Of a stretch of 64,000 nt of DNA, positions 13,845-28,313 are shown piece by piece. The DNA is from the human T2T-CHM13v2.0 reference genome, Homo sapiens: the NCBI RefSeq assembly GCF_009914755.1, contig NC_060929.1; one strand, written 5' to 3'. The notes under the pieces were generated by a model. The model did not search any database, was not told the DNA's origin, and saw nothing but the letters and a program-made list of their open reading frames with translations. The position numbers and the translations under genes were made by a program. The stretch's first letter is position 1; each line of letters starts with the position of its first letter.

Positions 13845-14850
13845 AATGAGATAACATCTCACACAACTCTGAATACCTAATATTAAAAAGTCAAAAAATA
13901 ATAGATGTTGACAAAGTTACAGGGTAAAGGGAATGTTTATATACACTGTTGGTGGGAATGTAAATATGTTCAACCATTTTGGAAATAAGTTTGAAGATTT
14001 CATCATTCTCAGCAAACTATCACAAGGACAAAAAACCAAACACCGCATGTTCTCACTCATAGGTGGGAATTGAACAATGAGAACACATGGACACAGGGAG
14101 GGGAACATCACACACCGCGGCCTGTTGTGGGGTGGGGGAAGGGGGGAGGGATAGCATTAGGAGATATACCTAATGTTAAATGATGAGTTAATGGGTGCAG
14201 CACACCAACATGGCACATGTATACATATGTAACTAACCTGCACGTTGTGCACATGTACCCTAAAACTTAAAGTATAATAAAAAAAAAAGAATGTAAAACA
14301 GAACTCCCATTTGACCCAGCAATTTCATTACTGGGTATATACCCCAAAGGAAAATTGATATTGTTCTACCAAAAAGACACATGCACTTGCATGTTCATTA
14401 TAGCACTATTCACAATAGCAAAGGCATGGAATTAACCTAAATGTTCATTAACGATGGATTCAGTAAAGAAAGTGTGGTATATATACAGTATGGAATACTA
14501 TGCAACTATAATAAGGAACAAAATCATGTCCTCTGCAGCAACATGGATGCAGCTGGAGGCCATCATTCTAAGTGAATTAACATAGGAACAGAAAACCAAG
14601 TACCACATGTTCTCATACATATAAGTGGGAGCTAAACATTAAGTACACATGGATATAAAGATGAAAACAATAGATACTGGAGATTACTGGGGGGAAGGGG
14701 ACTGAGTGTTGAAAAACTAATGATTAGGACTATGCTCACTACCCAAATGACAGAATCGTTTGTATGCCAAACCCCATCAACACACAATTTACCCATTAAA
14801 CAAACCTGCACACGTAGCCCCTGAACCTAAGAGTAAGAAAATAAAGTTTA
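13845..14850 (+). mobile_element. 5'-truncated L1PA15/16-like element
   Basis: ORF2 C-terminal DNA, then 3'UTR 'gggagctaaacatt..atgctcactacc..acacacaatttacccat..aacaaacctgcacacgtagcccctgaacctaa'. Confidence 0.8.
14001..14289 (+). mobile_element. Young L1PA (PA4/5-like) 3' end nested in the L1PA15/16
   Basis: Near-consensus 'catcattctcagcaaactatcacaaggacaaaaaaccaaacaccgcatg...gtaccctaaaacttaaagtataataaaaaa'. Confidence 0.93.
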
Positions 14851-15447
14851 AAAAGTGAAAAATCGAAAAAATATAATGTTTAAAGAGTTTAATGCACTAA
14901 AAAAATACCTATTTAACAAAAAAGGAGGCAGCAATACAAAGAGGAACAAAAAGACATACAACATATAGAAAAAAATGAAAAATGGCAGATATAAATTCTG
15001 CCTTATCAGTCATATTAAATATAAATGGATTCAACATTCCAATTAAAGGCAGAGACTGGAAGAAATAATTTTTAAAAATATTCCCAATACATGCTATTAA
15101 CGAGACACACTGTAGATTGAAAGACACATATAGGCCGAAAGTAAAAAGATAAAATACACAAACAGTAATCAAAATAGAGCGGGAGTGTCTAAACTAATAT
15201 AAAACAGACTATAAGACAAAAATTGCTACTAGAGGAAAAAAAGATATTTAATAATAATAAAGTGGTGAACTCGTCAATATAACAGCAAGTGTTATATATT
15301 CTCATAAAAATATATAAGTTATAAATATGTGTACATCTAATAATAGCCTCAAAATATATGAAGCAAAAGTTGACAGAATTAAAAGAGTAACTGACAATTC
15401 AACAACGGTCAAGACCTCAACACCCTACTTTCAGCATTATATAAAAG

Positions 15448-15700
15448 AACCACAATGTGATACCATCTTACTCCTGCAAGAATAGCCTTAATAAAAAAAA
15501 AATTGAAAAACAGTAGATATTAGCATGGATGCAGTGATCAGGAAACACTTCTACATTGTTGGTGGGAATGTAAACAAGTATAGCCACTATGGAAACAGTG
15601 TGGAGATTCCTTAAAGAACTAAAACTAGAACTACCATTTGATCCAGGAATCCTACTACCCAGAAGAAAAGAAGTCATTTTCCAAAAAAGATACTTGCACA
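15448..15700 (+). mobile_element. L1PB ORF2 fragment, an inverted copy of 16310-16574
   Basis: Aligns by eye to the reverse complement of 16310-16574 with shared unusual variants. Flanked by the direct repeat ataaaa(g/c)aacca. Confidence 0.85.
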
Positions 15701-15841
15701 AATATGCAGATAACAAGATAAAACAACCATGCAGCTAACTAACAAGGAACAGAAGACTTGAAAAATACCTACTAGGCGTAAGTAACAATGTATACAGAAT
15801 ATTCCACCATCAACAGCAGAATATACATTCTTCTCAAGTGC

Positions 15842-18834
15842 TTTATTTTTTCCATAAGTTATTGGTGTACAGGTGGTATTTGGTTACATGAGTAAGTTGG
15901 TGATTTGTGAGATTTTGGTGCACCCATCACCTGAGAAGTATACACTGCACCGTATTTGTAGTCTTTTAATCCCTCACCCACCACCCCCCTAACTCTTGCA
16001 GGCCAAGTCCCCAAAGTCCATTGTATCATTCTTATGCTTTTGCATCCTCATAGCTTAGCTCCCACATATCAGTGAGAACATACAATGTTTGCTTTTTACA
16101 TTCCTGAGTTGCTTCACTTAGAATAATAGTCTCCAATCTTATCCAGGTCACTGCAAATGCTGTTAATTCATTCTTTTTTATAGTTGAGTAGTATTCCATC
16201 GTATATTATATACACTACAGTTTCTTTATCCACTTGTTGATTGATGGGCACTTGGGTTGGTTCCAAAATTCCAATTTTGCAATTTGAATTGTGCTGCTAT
16301 AAATATGCGTGTGCAAGTATCTTTTTTAGAAAATGACTTATTTTCCTCTGGGTAGATACCCAGTGGTGAGATTGTTGGATCAAATGGTAGTTCTAATTTT
16401 AGTTCTTTAAGGAATCTCCACACTGTTTCCATAGTAGCTGTATTAGTTTACATTCCCACCTAGCCGTGTAGAAGTGTTTCCTGATCACTGCATCCATGCC
16501 AATATCTACTGTTTTTCAATTTTTTTTTTATTATGGCCATTCTTGCAGGAGTAAGGTGGTATCACTTTGTGGTTTTGATTTGCATTTCCCTGATCATTAG
16601 AGATGTTGAGCATTTTTTTCATACATTTGTTGGCCATTTGTATATCTTCTTTTGAGAACTGTCTATTCATGTCCTTAGCCCACTTTTTAACGGGAGGTTT
16701 TTTTTTTTCCATACTGATTTGAGTTCATTGTAGATTCTGGATATTAGTCCTTTGTCAGATGTATAGATTGTGAAGATTTCCTCCCACTCTGTGGGTTGTC
16801 TGTTTACTCTGCTGACTGTTCCTTTTGCCATGCAAAAGCTCTTTAGTTTAATTAGGTCCCAGCTATTTATCTTTGTTTTTATTGCATTTGCCTTTGGGTT
16901 CTTGGTCATGAAATCCTTGTTTAAGCCAATGTCTAGAAGGGTTTTTCCAGTGTTTTCTCCTAGAATTTTTATTTTCAAGTTTTAGGGTTAAGTCCTCAAT
17001 TCATCTTGAGTTGATTTTTGTATAAGGTGAGAGATGAGGATCCAGTTTCATTCTCCTACATGTGGCTAAGCAATTATCCCAGCACCATTTGTTGAAAAGG
17101 GTATCCTTTCCCCACTTTGTTTTTGTTTGCTTTGTCAAAGATCAGTTGGCTCTAAGTAGTTGGGTTTATTTCTGCATTCTCTATTCTGTTCCATTGGTCT
17201 ATGTGCCTATTTTTACACCAGTGCCATGCTGTTAATGTGACTATGGCCTTATAGTATAGTTTGAAATCAGGTAGTGTGATGCCTCCAGATTTGTTCTTTT
17301 TGTTTAGTCTTGCTTTGGCTATGCAGGCTCTTTTTTGGTTCCATATGAATTTTAGAATTTTTTTTTTCTAATTCTGTTTAGAATGATGGTGGTATTTTGA
17401 TGGGGAATGCATTGAATTTGTAGATTGCTTTTGGCAGTCTGGTCGTTTTCATAATGATTCTACCCATTAATGAGCACGGGATGTGTTTCCATTTGTTTGT
17501 GTCATCTATGACTTCTTTCAGCAGTGTTTTGTAGTTTTCCTTCTAGAGGTCTTTCACCTCCTTGGTTAGGTATATTCCTAAGAATTTTTTTTTTGTAGCT
17601 ATTGTAAAGAAGACTGAGTTCTTGATTTGATTCTCCACTTGGTCTTTGTAGGTGTACAGAAGAGCTACTGATTTGTGTACATTAATCTTGTATCCAGAAA
17701 CTTTGCTGAATTCTTTTCTCAGTTCTAGGAGCTTTCTGGAGGAGTCTTTAGGGTTTTCAAGGTAAATGATCATATCTTCAGCAAACAGTGACAGTTTGAC
17801 TTCCTGTTTAGGATTTGGATGCCCTTTATTTCTTTCTCTTGTCTGATTGCTCTGGCTAGGACTTCCAGTAATATGTTGAAGAAGAGTGGTGAGAGTGGGC
17901 ATCCTTGTCTTGTTCCAGTTCTCAGAGGGAATGCTTTCAACTTTTCCCCATTCGGTATTATGTTGGATGTGGGTTTGTCATAGATGGCTTTTATTACATT
18001 GAGGTAGGTCCCTTGTATGCCAATTTTGCTGAGAGTTTTCATTGGAAAGCGATACTGGATTTTGTCGAATGCTTTTTCTGCATCTATTGAGATGATTATG
18101 TGATTTTTGTGTTTAATTCTGTTTATGTGGTGTATCACATTTACTAACTTGCATGTTAAACCATCCCTGCATCCCTGGTATAAAACCCACTTGATGATGG
18201 TGGATTATCTTTTTGATATGTTGTTGGATTCAGTTGGCTAGTATTTTAAGAATCTTAGCATCTATATTCAAAGATACTGATCTGTAGTTTTCTTTTTTGG
18301 TTATTTCCTTTCCTGGTTTTGGTATTAGGGTGATTCTGACTTCATAGAATGAATTAGGGAGGGTTCCTTCTTTCTCTATCTTGTGGAATAGCGTCAAAAG
18401 GATTGGTTCCTTCTTTCTCTATCTTGTGGAATAGTGTCAAAAGGATTGCAACCCCCATCAAAATACCACCATTCTTCTTTGAATGTCTGGTAGAATTCTG
18501 CTGTGAATCCATCTGGTCCTTTTTGTTGGTAATTTTTTAATTACCATTTCAGTCTTGCTGCTTGTTATTGGTCTGTTCAGGGTATCTAATTCTTCCTGAT
18601 TTAAGCTAGGAGGGTTGTATTTTTCCAAGAATTTATCCATATCTTCTAGTTTTTCTAGTTTATGTGCATAAAGGTGTTCATTGCAGCCTTGAATGATCTT
18701 TTGTATTGCAGTGGTGTCCGTTTTAATATCTCCTGTTTTGTTTCTCAGTGAGGTTATATGGATTTTCTCTCTTCTTTTCTTGGTTAATCTTGCTAGTGGG
18801 CTATCAATTTTATTTATCTTTTCAAAGAACCAGC
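15842..18834 (-). mobile_element. 5'-truncated L1PB1-like element (~3 kb)
   Basis: L1PB 3' end 'ttccataagttattggtgtacaggtggtatttggttacatgagtaag'. ORF2 RT peptides on the minus strand ([65 protein letters not shown]). Confidence 0.95.
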
Positions 18835-20372
18835 ATTCTCCAGGATAAACCATATGGCAGGCAACAAAACAGGCTACAATACATTTAAAAGGATTAAAGC
18901 ACAGAGCATCTTTTTAACATACAACAGAATAAAATTAGAAATAAATAAAAAAAGGAAATTTAGAATTCATACGTATGGAGAATTAAGCAATACTTTACTA
19001 AATAAGCAATTGGTTCAAGAAGAAATAACAATGAAAATTGGAAAATACTTTGAAATAAATTGAAATTAAAACACAACAGACCAGAATTTTAGTGTTTTTA
19101 TTTGCTAACCCTTGGAAGAAAACATAACAAAATTATTAAACAGTAAAGTTCAAGTCAACGACTTAACCTTCCACCATTTATGAAACTAAGAAAAGTAGAG
19201 CAAGATAAACCTAAAGCCAGAAGTAATGAAATAAGCTTAGAGTGGAGATAAATAAAATAGAAAATAGTAAACAATAGAGAAAATCAATAGAACGAAAAGT
19301 TGGTTCTTTGAAAGATCAGCAAAAATGACAATCCTTTAGCTACATTAACCTAGCATAAAAAATAGAAGTTTCAAAATTTTTAAATGAGAATGAAAGAGGA
19401 AACATTACTACTAACTTGCATAAATCAAAAAGTTTATAAGGGAACAGTATGAACAATCATATGGCAACAAAACACATAACCTGATTGAAATAGATGAATA
19501 CCTAGAAACCAAAAACTAGAGAAAATGACACGAAAAGAAATAGAAAACCTGAATAGACTTATAACAAGTAAAGACACCAAATGAGTAACAAAAAAGAAAG
19601 TCTCAAAAGCAAAAGTGCAGCATAGAATGGCTTTATGAGTAAATTCTACCAGATATTTAAAGAATTAACATCATTCTTTCATAAATGTCTCACTTAATTC
19701 TATGAGGCTAGTATTTTCCGGATACCAAAGCCAGGTAAATAACTAATTTTTCAAAAGATCTATATATATTATAAATATAGAAATAAAAATCTTAAGTAAA
19801 ATACAAGCAAACCAAATCTGGCAACATATTAAAAGAATTATACAGCATGACCAAATTGAGTTTATCCCAGGAATGAAAGGTGGTCTAACATCTGGAAATT
19901 AATGTAATAAAACATACCAACAGAACAATGAACTAAATGACATGATCTCAACAGACACAGAAAAAGCATTTGACAAAATCAACACACTTTATAATAAGAG
20001 AACACTTATCAAAATAGGAATGTAAGGCACGTCTTCAACCTGATAAACAGTATATGTGAAAAAGCCAAAAGATAACATCACACGTAATGGTGAAAGACTG
20101 AAAGCTTTCCCATTAAAATCAGGAATAAGGAAAATATATCTATTCTTGCTACTTCTATTCAATATTGTACTGGAGGTTCTAGCCTGGCAATCAGGCAATA
20201 AATAAATGGTATTTAGATTAGAAATGAGGAAGTTAAACTATTTTTGTTTGCAGATGGTATGATCTCATATATAAAAAATCCTAATATGCACAGATAGAAA
20301 AATGTTAGCACTAATAAATGAATTCATCAAGGTCACAGGAAACAAGGTCAATATATACAACTTAATTGTATT

Positions 20373-20720
<348 letters not shown>

Positions 20721-22615
20721 TTAATTGTATTGCTATACACTATCAATCACTATCAATGAACAGTATGACAAAGAAAATTCAGAATGTTCAATTTGCCATA
20801 GTATCAAAAATAATACTTGGAAGTAAGGTTAACAAGAGAAGTACAAGACTTATACACTAAAAATTACAGAATATCATTGAAAGGGATTAAAGACCAAAAT
20901 GTATGAAAAGACATTCTGTATTTATGAATTAGAACACTTGATGTTAAGATAATAATACTCTGTGAATTAATCAACCTATTCCACACAAACCTTTTCAAAA
21001 CACAAGCCTTCCATTTTGGAGAAACTGGCAAGTTGATTCTAATATCATATGGAAATGCAGTGGAACAAGAATAGCCAAAACAGTCTTTAAAAAGAATAAT
21101 AAAACTTTGAAGACTCTACACTTCTTTAATTTCAAACTGTGGGACTGACATAAGCATAGAGGCAGATCAATTGAATAGAATTGAGAGTCTAGAAATAAAC
21201 CATCCATTTATGAGCAATTGATTTTCAACAAAGGTGCCAAGACAATTGAAAGGAATATAAAATTCAATAAATAGTGCAAGGACAACTTGATATCCACTTA
21301 CAAAAAAATGAATGTGGACTCTTATCTCACATCATATCAGAAGTTAACTAAACTGCATCAAAGACCTCACTGTAAAACTAAAACTATAGCTAAAACTATA
21401 CATCTCTCAGAAGAAAAATAGGCGTAAACCTTTGTTACCTTGGATTAGGCAATAGTTACCTAGATACATCACCAAAAGCAAAAACACACAAAATAAATAA
21501 ATTTCACTTCATCAAAACTAAAAACTTTTGTACTTAAGATAAACCCTATCAAGAAAGTGAAAATCCACACAATGGAAAATAGTATTTGCAAATCATATAT
21601 CTGATAGGGGACTTGTGACCAGAATATACAAAGAGTTTTATGACTCAGTGATAACAGACAACTAACCCAATTAAAAAGTGGACAAAGGATTTAAATAGAT
21701 TTTTTTAAAGAAGGTAAACACATGGTCCATATGAACATAAAAAGACATTCAACATCATTCATCATTAGGGAAATGAACATTAAAAACACAGCAATATACC
21801 TTTCACATTCTTTTTGGTAGCTTTAATTAAAAAGACCGATAATAACAACTTTTAACATGCATGTGGATAATTGGAATTATACATTGCTGATGGGTATATA
21901 AAATGGTGCAGTTGGTTTGAGAAAATTTAACAGTTTCTCAAAAAGTTAAACTCTATGTAAAATGTCCAGAATAGGCAAATCCACAGAAAAGAAAGTAGAT
22001 GAGTGGCTGCCAGGGACTGGGGGAAGAGAAGAATTGGAGAATATTTCCTAATGGTAAAAGATTTCATTTTAGATTAATCAAAATAATCTGAAATTAGGTT
22101 GAGGTAGTAGTTATACAATTGTTTTAATATACTAAAAAAGTACTGAATTGAGATATATTTTGTGGTACATGAATTATATTTCATCTTTTTAGAAACCTTC
22201 CATTAATTCAAATTAGATGGAAGGAGGTTGTAAAAGTGAGAGCAGAAATTAAATAAACTAAAAAACAAGGTTAAAGACGAGGAATAAAATCAAAATTTGG
22301 CCCTCTGCAAAGATTTAAAATATTATTTTGGTGAGATTTTTAAAGTAAACAAATTTGAAATATGGGAAAAGTAAGTAATACTATGAAGGAAAAAAGTAAT
22401 AGAGATTAAAATAAATTATAAATAGAGATTACTATAACCATTATATATCAATAAATTTCAGTCTAAACAAAATAGACAAATTACTTAAAAAATTAAGAAG
22501 CAATTTATAATATTCCTATTAACTAAAAATACTTCAGTGCAATCATACAGACAATTGCCAGCAAACATGCAAAAAAAACAGATCATTCCAATTGTACAAA
22601 AACCTTGAGAGAATA

Positions 22616-22748
22616 ATACCTAATGCTAAATGACGAGTTAATGGGTGCAGCACACCAACATGGCACATGTATACACATGTAACAAACCCGCACATTGTGC
22701 ACATGTACCCTAAAACTTAAAGTATAATAATAATAAAATTAAAAAAAG
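22616..22748 (+). mobile_element. Very short young L1PA (PA3/4-like) 3' end
   Basis: 'atacctaatgctaaatgacgagttaatgggtgcagcacaccaacatggc...aaagtataataataataaaa'. Short TSD agaata. Confidence 0.92.
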
Positions 22749-24308
22749 AATATCTTAGATAATAAAAGCACATAATATTATTAACAGAAAGGAAAATTAC
22801 AGGGTAATCTTATACATGCACATAAATGCAAAATGTAACAAAACATAAGTAAACTGAATATGGTAACAATTAGGAAAATAAAACATCTTTACCAATTTGG
22901 AGTTTTACCAGGAGTGTTAGTGTCATCAAATGTTACATAACGAATCAAAAATTTTAAAAATATATCTTATTAATGGATAATATGATTTGATAAAATTAAA
23001 TCACTATTCATGATAAGACATCATGGTTAACTAAAAACTAAAGATTACTTCATATTCTGACAAATCACATCTACCAAAATACTACAACTATTCTTATGTC
23101 AAAAGGTTCAAACCATTCTGTTTACATTAGGAAAAAAGACACTATTATTGCTTCCATTCAAAATTTAATATAGTACCCAAATATGTGGTGAGTCAAGAAA
23201 AACATGCTCTAAATATTTGAAAGGAAGAATAACACATTCTCATTAGTCACAAATTTCACTAAGAACCAATACTCTACAGAGAGATATTAGAGATTCTAGA
23301 AAATTGATTATATATAAGGTAATTAGACCAAAATATATTATCTTTTATGCATTTGCAACTCTTAGAAGACACTTAAAAATTTTTGAAGCCACATTTACTG
23401 ATTATAAGTTAAATGATATAATGTCAGGGATTTACCTCAAAATGATGTAGGGGTTGGTGAGAGAGAATGAGAGGCAGTACACATAAAACAAGATGTGCTA
23501 TGATTGATAACTATTAAAGCCAGAAGTCATAGAAAAGGGGATAAATTATAATACATTCTCTACTTTTCTACCTGTCCTAAATTTTTTATAATGACAATTT
23601 GTAAACAACAACAACAAAACACCCATACAAGAAAAAAAATTAGAATTAAATCCCCCCAGCATAAGCTAATCCTTATGAAGGAAATCTTAAAACTTTTTAA
23701 AAAATTTATTTTGAAATTTATAATTTGATGAAAAAACACCATGTTCCTAGAGATGAAAACTTAGTATCATAAAGGAGAAAATTTTCCAAAATTAATTAAT
23801 AAATTTAATGCAATTTAAATCAGAATCCTTAAAAGCTATTTCAAGAAACACCAGTCTAATTCCAAAATGTGTACAGAAGATTACACGGGTCAATAGCCAA
23901 GACATTGAAAAAAAAAAAAAGTAAAATTGTCTTACAAATTATAAAGACTTACTATAAAATTGAAGTAAATAACTAAAATGACATGATATTAACATAGAAA
24001 TTAATACATTCACAAATGGGACAAAGCAGAGAGCCCATATGAAGGCCATTATTCTACATGGAAATTTGATATGCAATATATATGGCATTGGCTGATCAAT
24101 GTGAATGAACAATTGTCAATAAATGGTGTGTAAATATTGGCTACTCTTATGGAAAAAATAACCTTAGATTTCTATGGAATGCCATGACTTCAAGTCTTTT
24201 AATGGCTTAAATATGAGCAGCAAACTTTTTAAGCTCTTGGGAAAAAGTACAGACACATATTTTTTATGATATAGGTATGAGGAAGGATTGCTTAATTGTG
24301 CCAAATAT

Positions 24309-24700
24309 CTTTTTTTTTTAATACTTTTAAGTTCTGGGGTGCATGTGCAGAACATGCAGGTTTGTTACATAGGTATACACGTGCCATGGTGGTTTGCTGC
24401 ACCCATCAACCTGTCATCTACATTAGGTATTTCTCCTAATGCTATCCCTTCCCTAGCCCCCCACCCACAACAGGCCCCAGTGTGTGATGTTCCCCTGCCT
24501 GTGTCCATATGTTCTCATTGTCCAACTCAGAACATGCGGTGTTGGTTTTCTGTTCTTGTGTTAGTTTGCTGAGAATGATGGTTTCCAGTTTCACCCATGT
24601 CCCTGCTAAGGACATGAACTCACCCTTTTTATGGCTGCATAGTATTCCATGGTATATACGTGCTACATTTTCTTTATCCAGTCTGTCATTGATGGGCATT
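24309..24700 (-). mobile_element. L1PA7/8-like 3' end
   Basis: 'ttttaagttctggggtgcatgtgcagaacatgcaggtttgttacataggtatacacgtgccatggtgg'. TSD ttgtgccaa(a)ta on both sides. Confidence 0.93.
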
Positions 24701-25782
24701 GTGCCAATAAGTATTAAGTTCAACCTCATTAAAACCATAAAACTTCATAAATGATCATAAAACAGCATAACAAATATAAAAAGCCAAATTATAATTCAAT
24801 CAATAAAATAAATAAGCCAAAAATATGTGCAAATGAAAAGAATAGATATTCCAGAAGTTACACAATAGGGAAATAAGTATATGAAAATAATGAAACCCAT
24901 TAAAAAATCATTACACTGAACTATTTTTGTTTACCCACTAGATTGCCAAAAATAACCAGTTCTATAGTACTACATGTTGATGAGTATGTGGAACAATGGG
25001 AAGTCTTATAAATGCTGATGAGAGTATAAATCAATACAACCATTCAGAGTGCAGGGAGGGAAATAGCATTACCTTTAAATTTATACATGCATATATCCTG
25101 TGACCCAGACATTCTACTCCTAGGTATAGTCTAGAAAAACAGTGCCATATGTCACCAGGAGTCTGTATAAAAGCATTCATCACAACTTTGTTTCAATAAC
25201 AAAAACTAAAAAGAAATCCTGAATGTCCATTGACAGAGACACTGAAAAATACCTTATAGGATATTCACACAATAAAATATACCTCTATGAAAATAATTTA
25301 ATACTATAACTATGTATAACGTGGGAGAATACCTGAACCATAATATTGATTAATCAAAAATAATTAGAACTTCTGAATACTACATATAGTATTATTTATA
25401 TAAAGCAATTATCAAGCTAGACTAGATAATAAGCTACTCATGGAAACATATACTTATTATAAGTATTCTTACAAAAATAAGTGAAAGATAAACAAATTTG
25501 GGATAATGGAATTAGAACTATGAAAGCAGTAGGAGAATGGAATTGTGGATAATTTTTAGTTTTGAAGTTATATGGTAGGCTTCTAAGTATTTGTTATTTT
25601 AATTAAACTTCATAACTTCATTTTATGTTGCACATATTTTTATATATTAAATATTATATAAAATAAATAGAAGCCTCAAAAATTGAGTAATTTTAGAAGA
25701 TTGCAGCAAATAAAAGGAGAGATCTGTGGTTTAAAGTAGCTCCGCCTTATCTATATATGTTAACATTCTCCTTTCCTCTATT

Positions 25783-25960
25783 CCAGTGGTTCTCAATCTT
25801 GGCTGTATACTGCAATCACCTAAGGGAGTTTTAAAATAATGATGCCAAGATTACACTTCCAGGGTGTCTGATTTAATTGGACTGGGGAAGGATCTCAACA
25901 TCAGGATTTTTTAAAGTTATCCCAGGTAGTTCTAATGTGCAATAAAGTATAATAACAGTT
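25783..25960. mobile_element. MER5A/B hAT-Charlie MITE
   Basis: 'cagtggttctcaatcttggctg...aatcacct..ctgatttaattgg..ccaggtagttctaatgtgca'. Confidence 0.8.
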
Positions 25961-28059
25961 GATCTATTTTAAAATAATGTTTCAGAGACGATCTGTCTTG
26001 GTTGAAAGAACAAAATGAAAACATACATCTTGATTAAATGAAATATTATATTTACCCCAAATGTCCTATTTTGTACTATGGGAATGTTGAAATGAAAACA
26101 TAAGGCTTTACAGATATAAAAATTATGATTCTCTAGTCCAAAAAAACTAGACGAGGTCAGAACACATATTAGTATAACAATAAATACAAACCAAAATTGA
26201 ATAAAATATTTTCTTTGACTCCAGGAAATAAACACAGACATTGCTGAGATACTATGAAAATAAACAAAATGAATGTCATTAACTTAATGTCACATTTGTA
26301 AACTTTATAGTTACTAGAACTAAAATGAAAGTGATCTTCTGGTTTTTTTTTAATAATGATAATTCTATTATTAAATATCAATTGAATAATACAAATATTC
26401 ATTAAATAAAAAAGAAATGTTCACTTGCTTTGCTAGTAAAGAAGAACCATTCATACTGACAAAGAAATAATAAAACAAAATAAGCATTTCATGCACAGAG
26501 GCATTATTATTATTACTTTTTGCATTATTTTTCAAGTTAGATATAGTTATTTATAATTCAATCCTGTAATTTCTTGGGAAAATTGCATTCAAATCACAAA
26601 ATTATAATAAAAATTTTCACTCACAAATTATTGAAAATGTAGAGGTTTTGTTAATGAATTTTACAATTATTGTGATAGTTTTATTTTGTAGGTTATTTCA
26701 AGAAGATTTTCGTTGTACATGTGCTGAAAGTTAGGTATACTGAATTTACTTGTACAATATCTAAGCTCTTTAATAACTTAAAATGATCGTTAATGCAGTT
26801 TTATTTCATAAAAACAAGTGTTACTTTTTCATATCAAGCTCCTTGCATAGAAGCTGCAAAATTTTAATGTAATGAAGCTCATGAACACTATTACTCATCT
26901 AGATTTTGAAATTAGAATAACGTAATTTTCATATCTGTAATGTCTTACATTTTTATTTCAATGTTGCATTTATAGAAATTGTTTTAGGATGCCATCGTGT
27001 GGTATAATGACTACATTCAAAAGGTAAATGCAGACAAATGTGGAATATATGCCAATTATAGCAATGCTATAATTTTCTTAATAAAATTTCATTCTGTTTA
27101 AGAATTTATGAGAGAAGAGAGAACAGATGTCTCAGATGAGAGGACACATGCGGTTCTTTCATAACCAGGATACCTCTTTGTCCGCAAGGCTCATAAGGAG
27201 AAACAGATACCATAAAATCAAAATCTTGGAAACAACAGAGTTAGGCTGATTTATAAATCTTTCCCTTTACCAAATTTAGGTAGTTGGATGAGGCCATCTG
27301 ATACTGCCAATTTTTGAGAAAAAAATATTTTACTTTATCTGTTTGATCCTAAAGAATATAATTCTATGTCACTCAGCTACACTAAGAAGAGAGAACACAG
27401 AGGAAGAAACAAAATAAATCCATATTTTGGTATTGAATGAAAAAGTACTTTTTCTTAAATCTACAGAGTGCTGTATTTGGTGGAAACAAACAGAAAAAGG
27501 AATTAAATTCCTAGGATCTGGTGATTTACTTTCTGACTGATCAATAGTAAATCAATTGACTTAGTGGGTCTTAGTTTCCTTATCTGTCAGATAAGGAATT
27601 TGGATCAGATATATCTATGGTCTCCTCCAAATCAATAAACGTTCCATACTTTCACGTTCCCTGACACTTTAAAAAAACCTTATGAGCAATACCAACCATA
27701 CATTAATAAATGAGTATTGAAAACCTATGGCAGAAATAAAGAAAAGATGTTGGGAACTGAAGCACACCTCAGTATAAAAGGGCAATAAAATTACATGATA
27801 AAATGTTTTCTAATCTATAATTATTATAGATTTCACAGAAGGCAAAGATGAACAATGAGGACTAGAAGACTCACCAGCTTTGTGGAGACATGGAACTTGA
27901 ATTGAATACAGATAACAGGATTTGGGTAGACTTGCATAAAAGAGCATTCAAAGTGAATAAGAGAGAATATACAAATGGAAGACTAACCAGTGATGGAAAC
28001 AAACAAACAAATAAAGACAGGGGCTTTGTATACCAATCAAACATGTTCTATTTGACCTG

Positions 28060-28313
28060 AAGGATATTTTAATAAGGAAATTTCACACAAAAATCCATAT
28101 TTTCAGCTTCTCTTGGAAGAGCAGATCTGACAACAATGGCTCATAGCACCTAAATGGCAAAAGCTAGTGAGGTTGACCCTTGATATACTCCATGCTTTCT
28201 CCAGTGTACCTCAATACGTAGAACTTTCTGATGTTTCCCCCACCTGGCCTGCTTTACACACTTATGGTATTTTTCTATGCCTCCAGGTATTAATTTGAAT
28301 ATGTAACCCTTGG
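28060..28313. mobile_element. Probable hAT-Charlie MER element (MER102-like)
   Basis: 'aatttcacacaaaaatccatattttcagcttctcttggaagagcagatctgacaaca' and a terminal-like 'tttgaatatgtaacccttg'. Family call uncertain. Confidence 0.5.

Larger units (their letters stand above)
22200..25670 (+). mobile_element. Highly decayed L1ME-type ORF2/3' fragments
   Basis: Remnants 'tttgataaaattaaatcactattcatgataa', 'aatttaatgcaatttaaatcagaatcc' and 'tatcctgtgacccagacattctactcctaggtata'. Confidence 0.65.

Noticed and set aside
22100-22122. TGAGGTAGTAG, matching the first 11 nt of let-7
   Set aside because: It lies within a decayed L1MB 3'UTR, the match stops after 11 nt, and no let-7 precursor hairpin follows.
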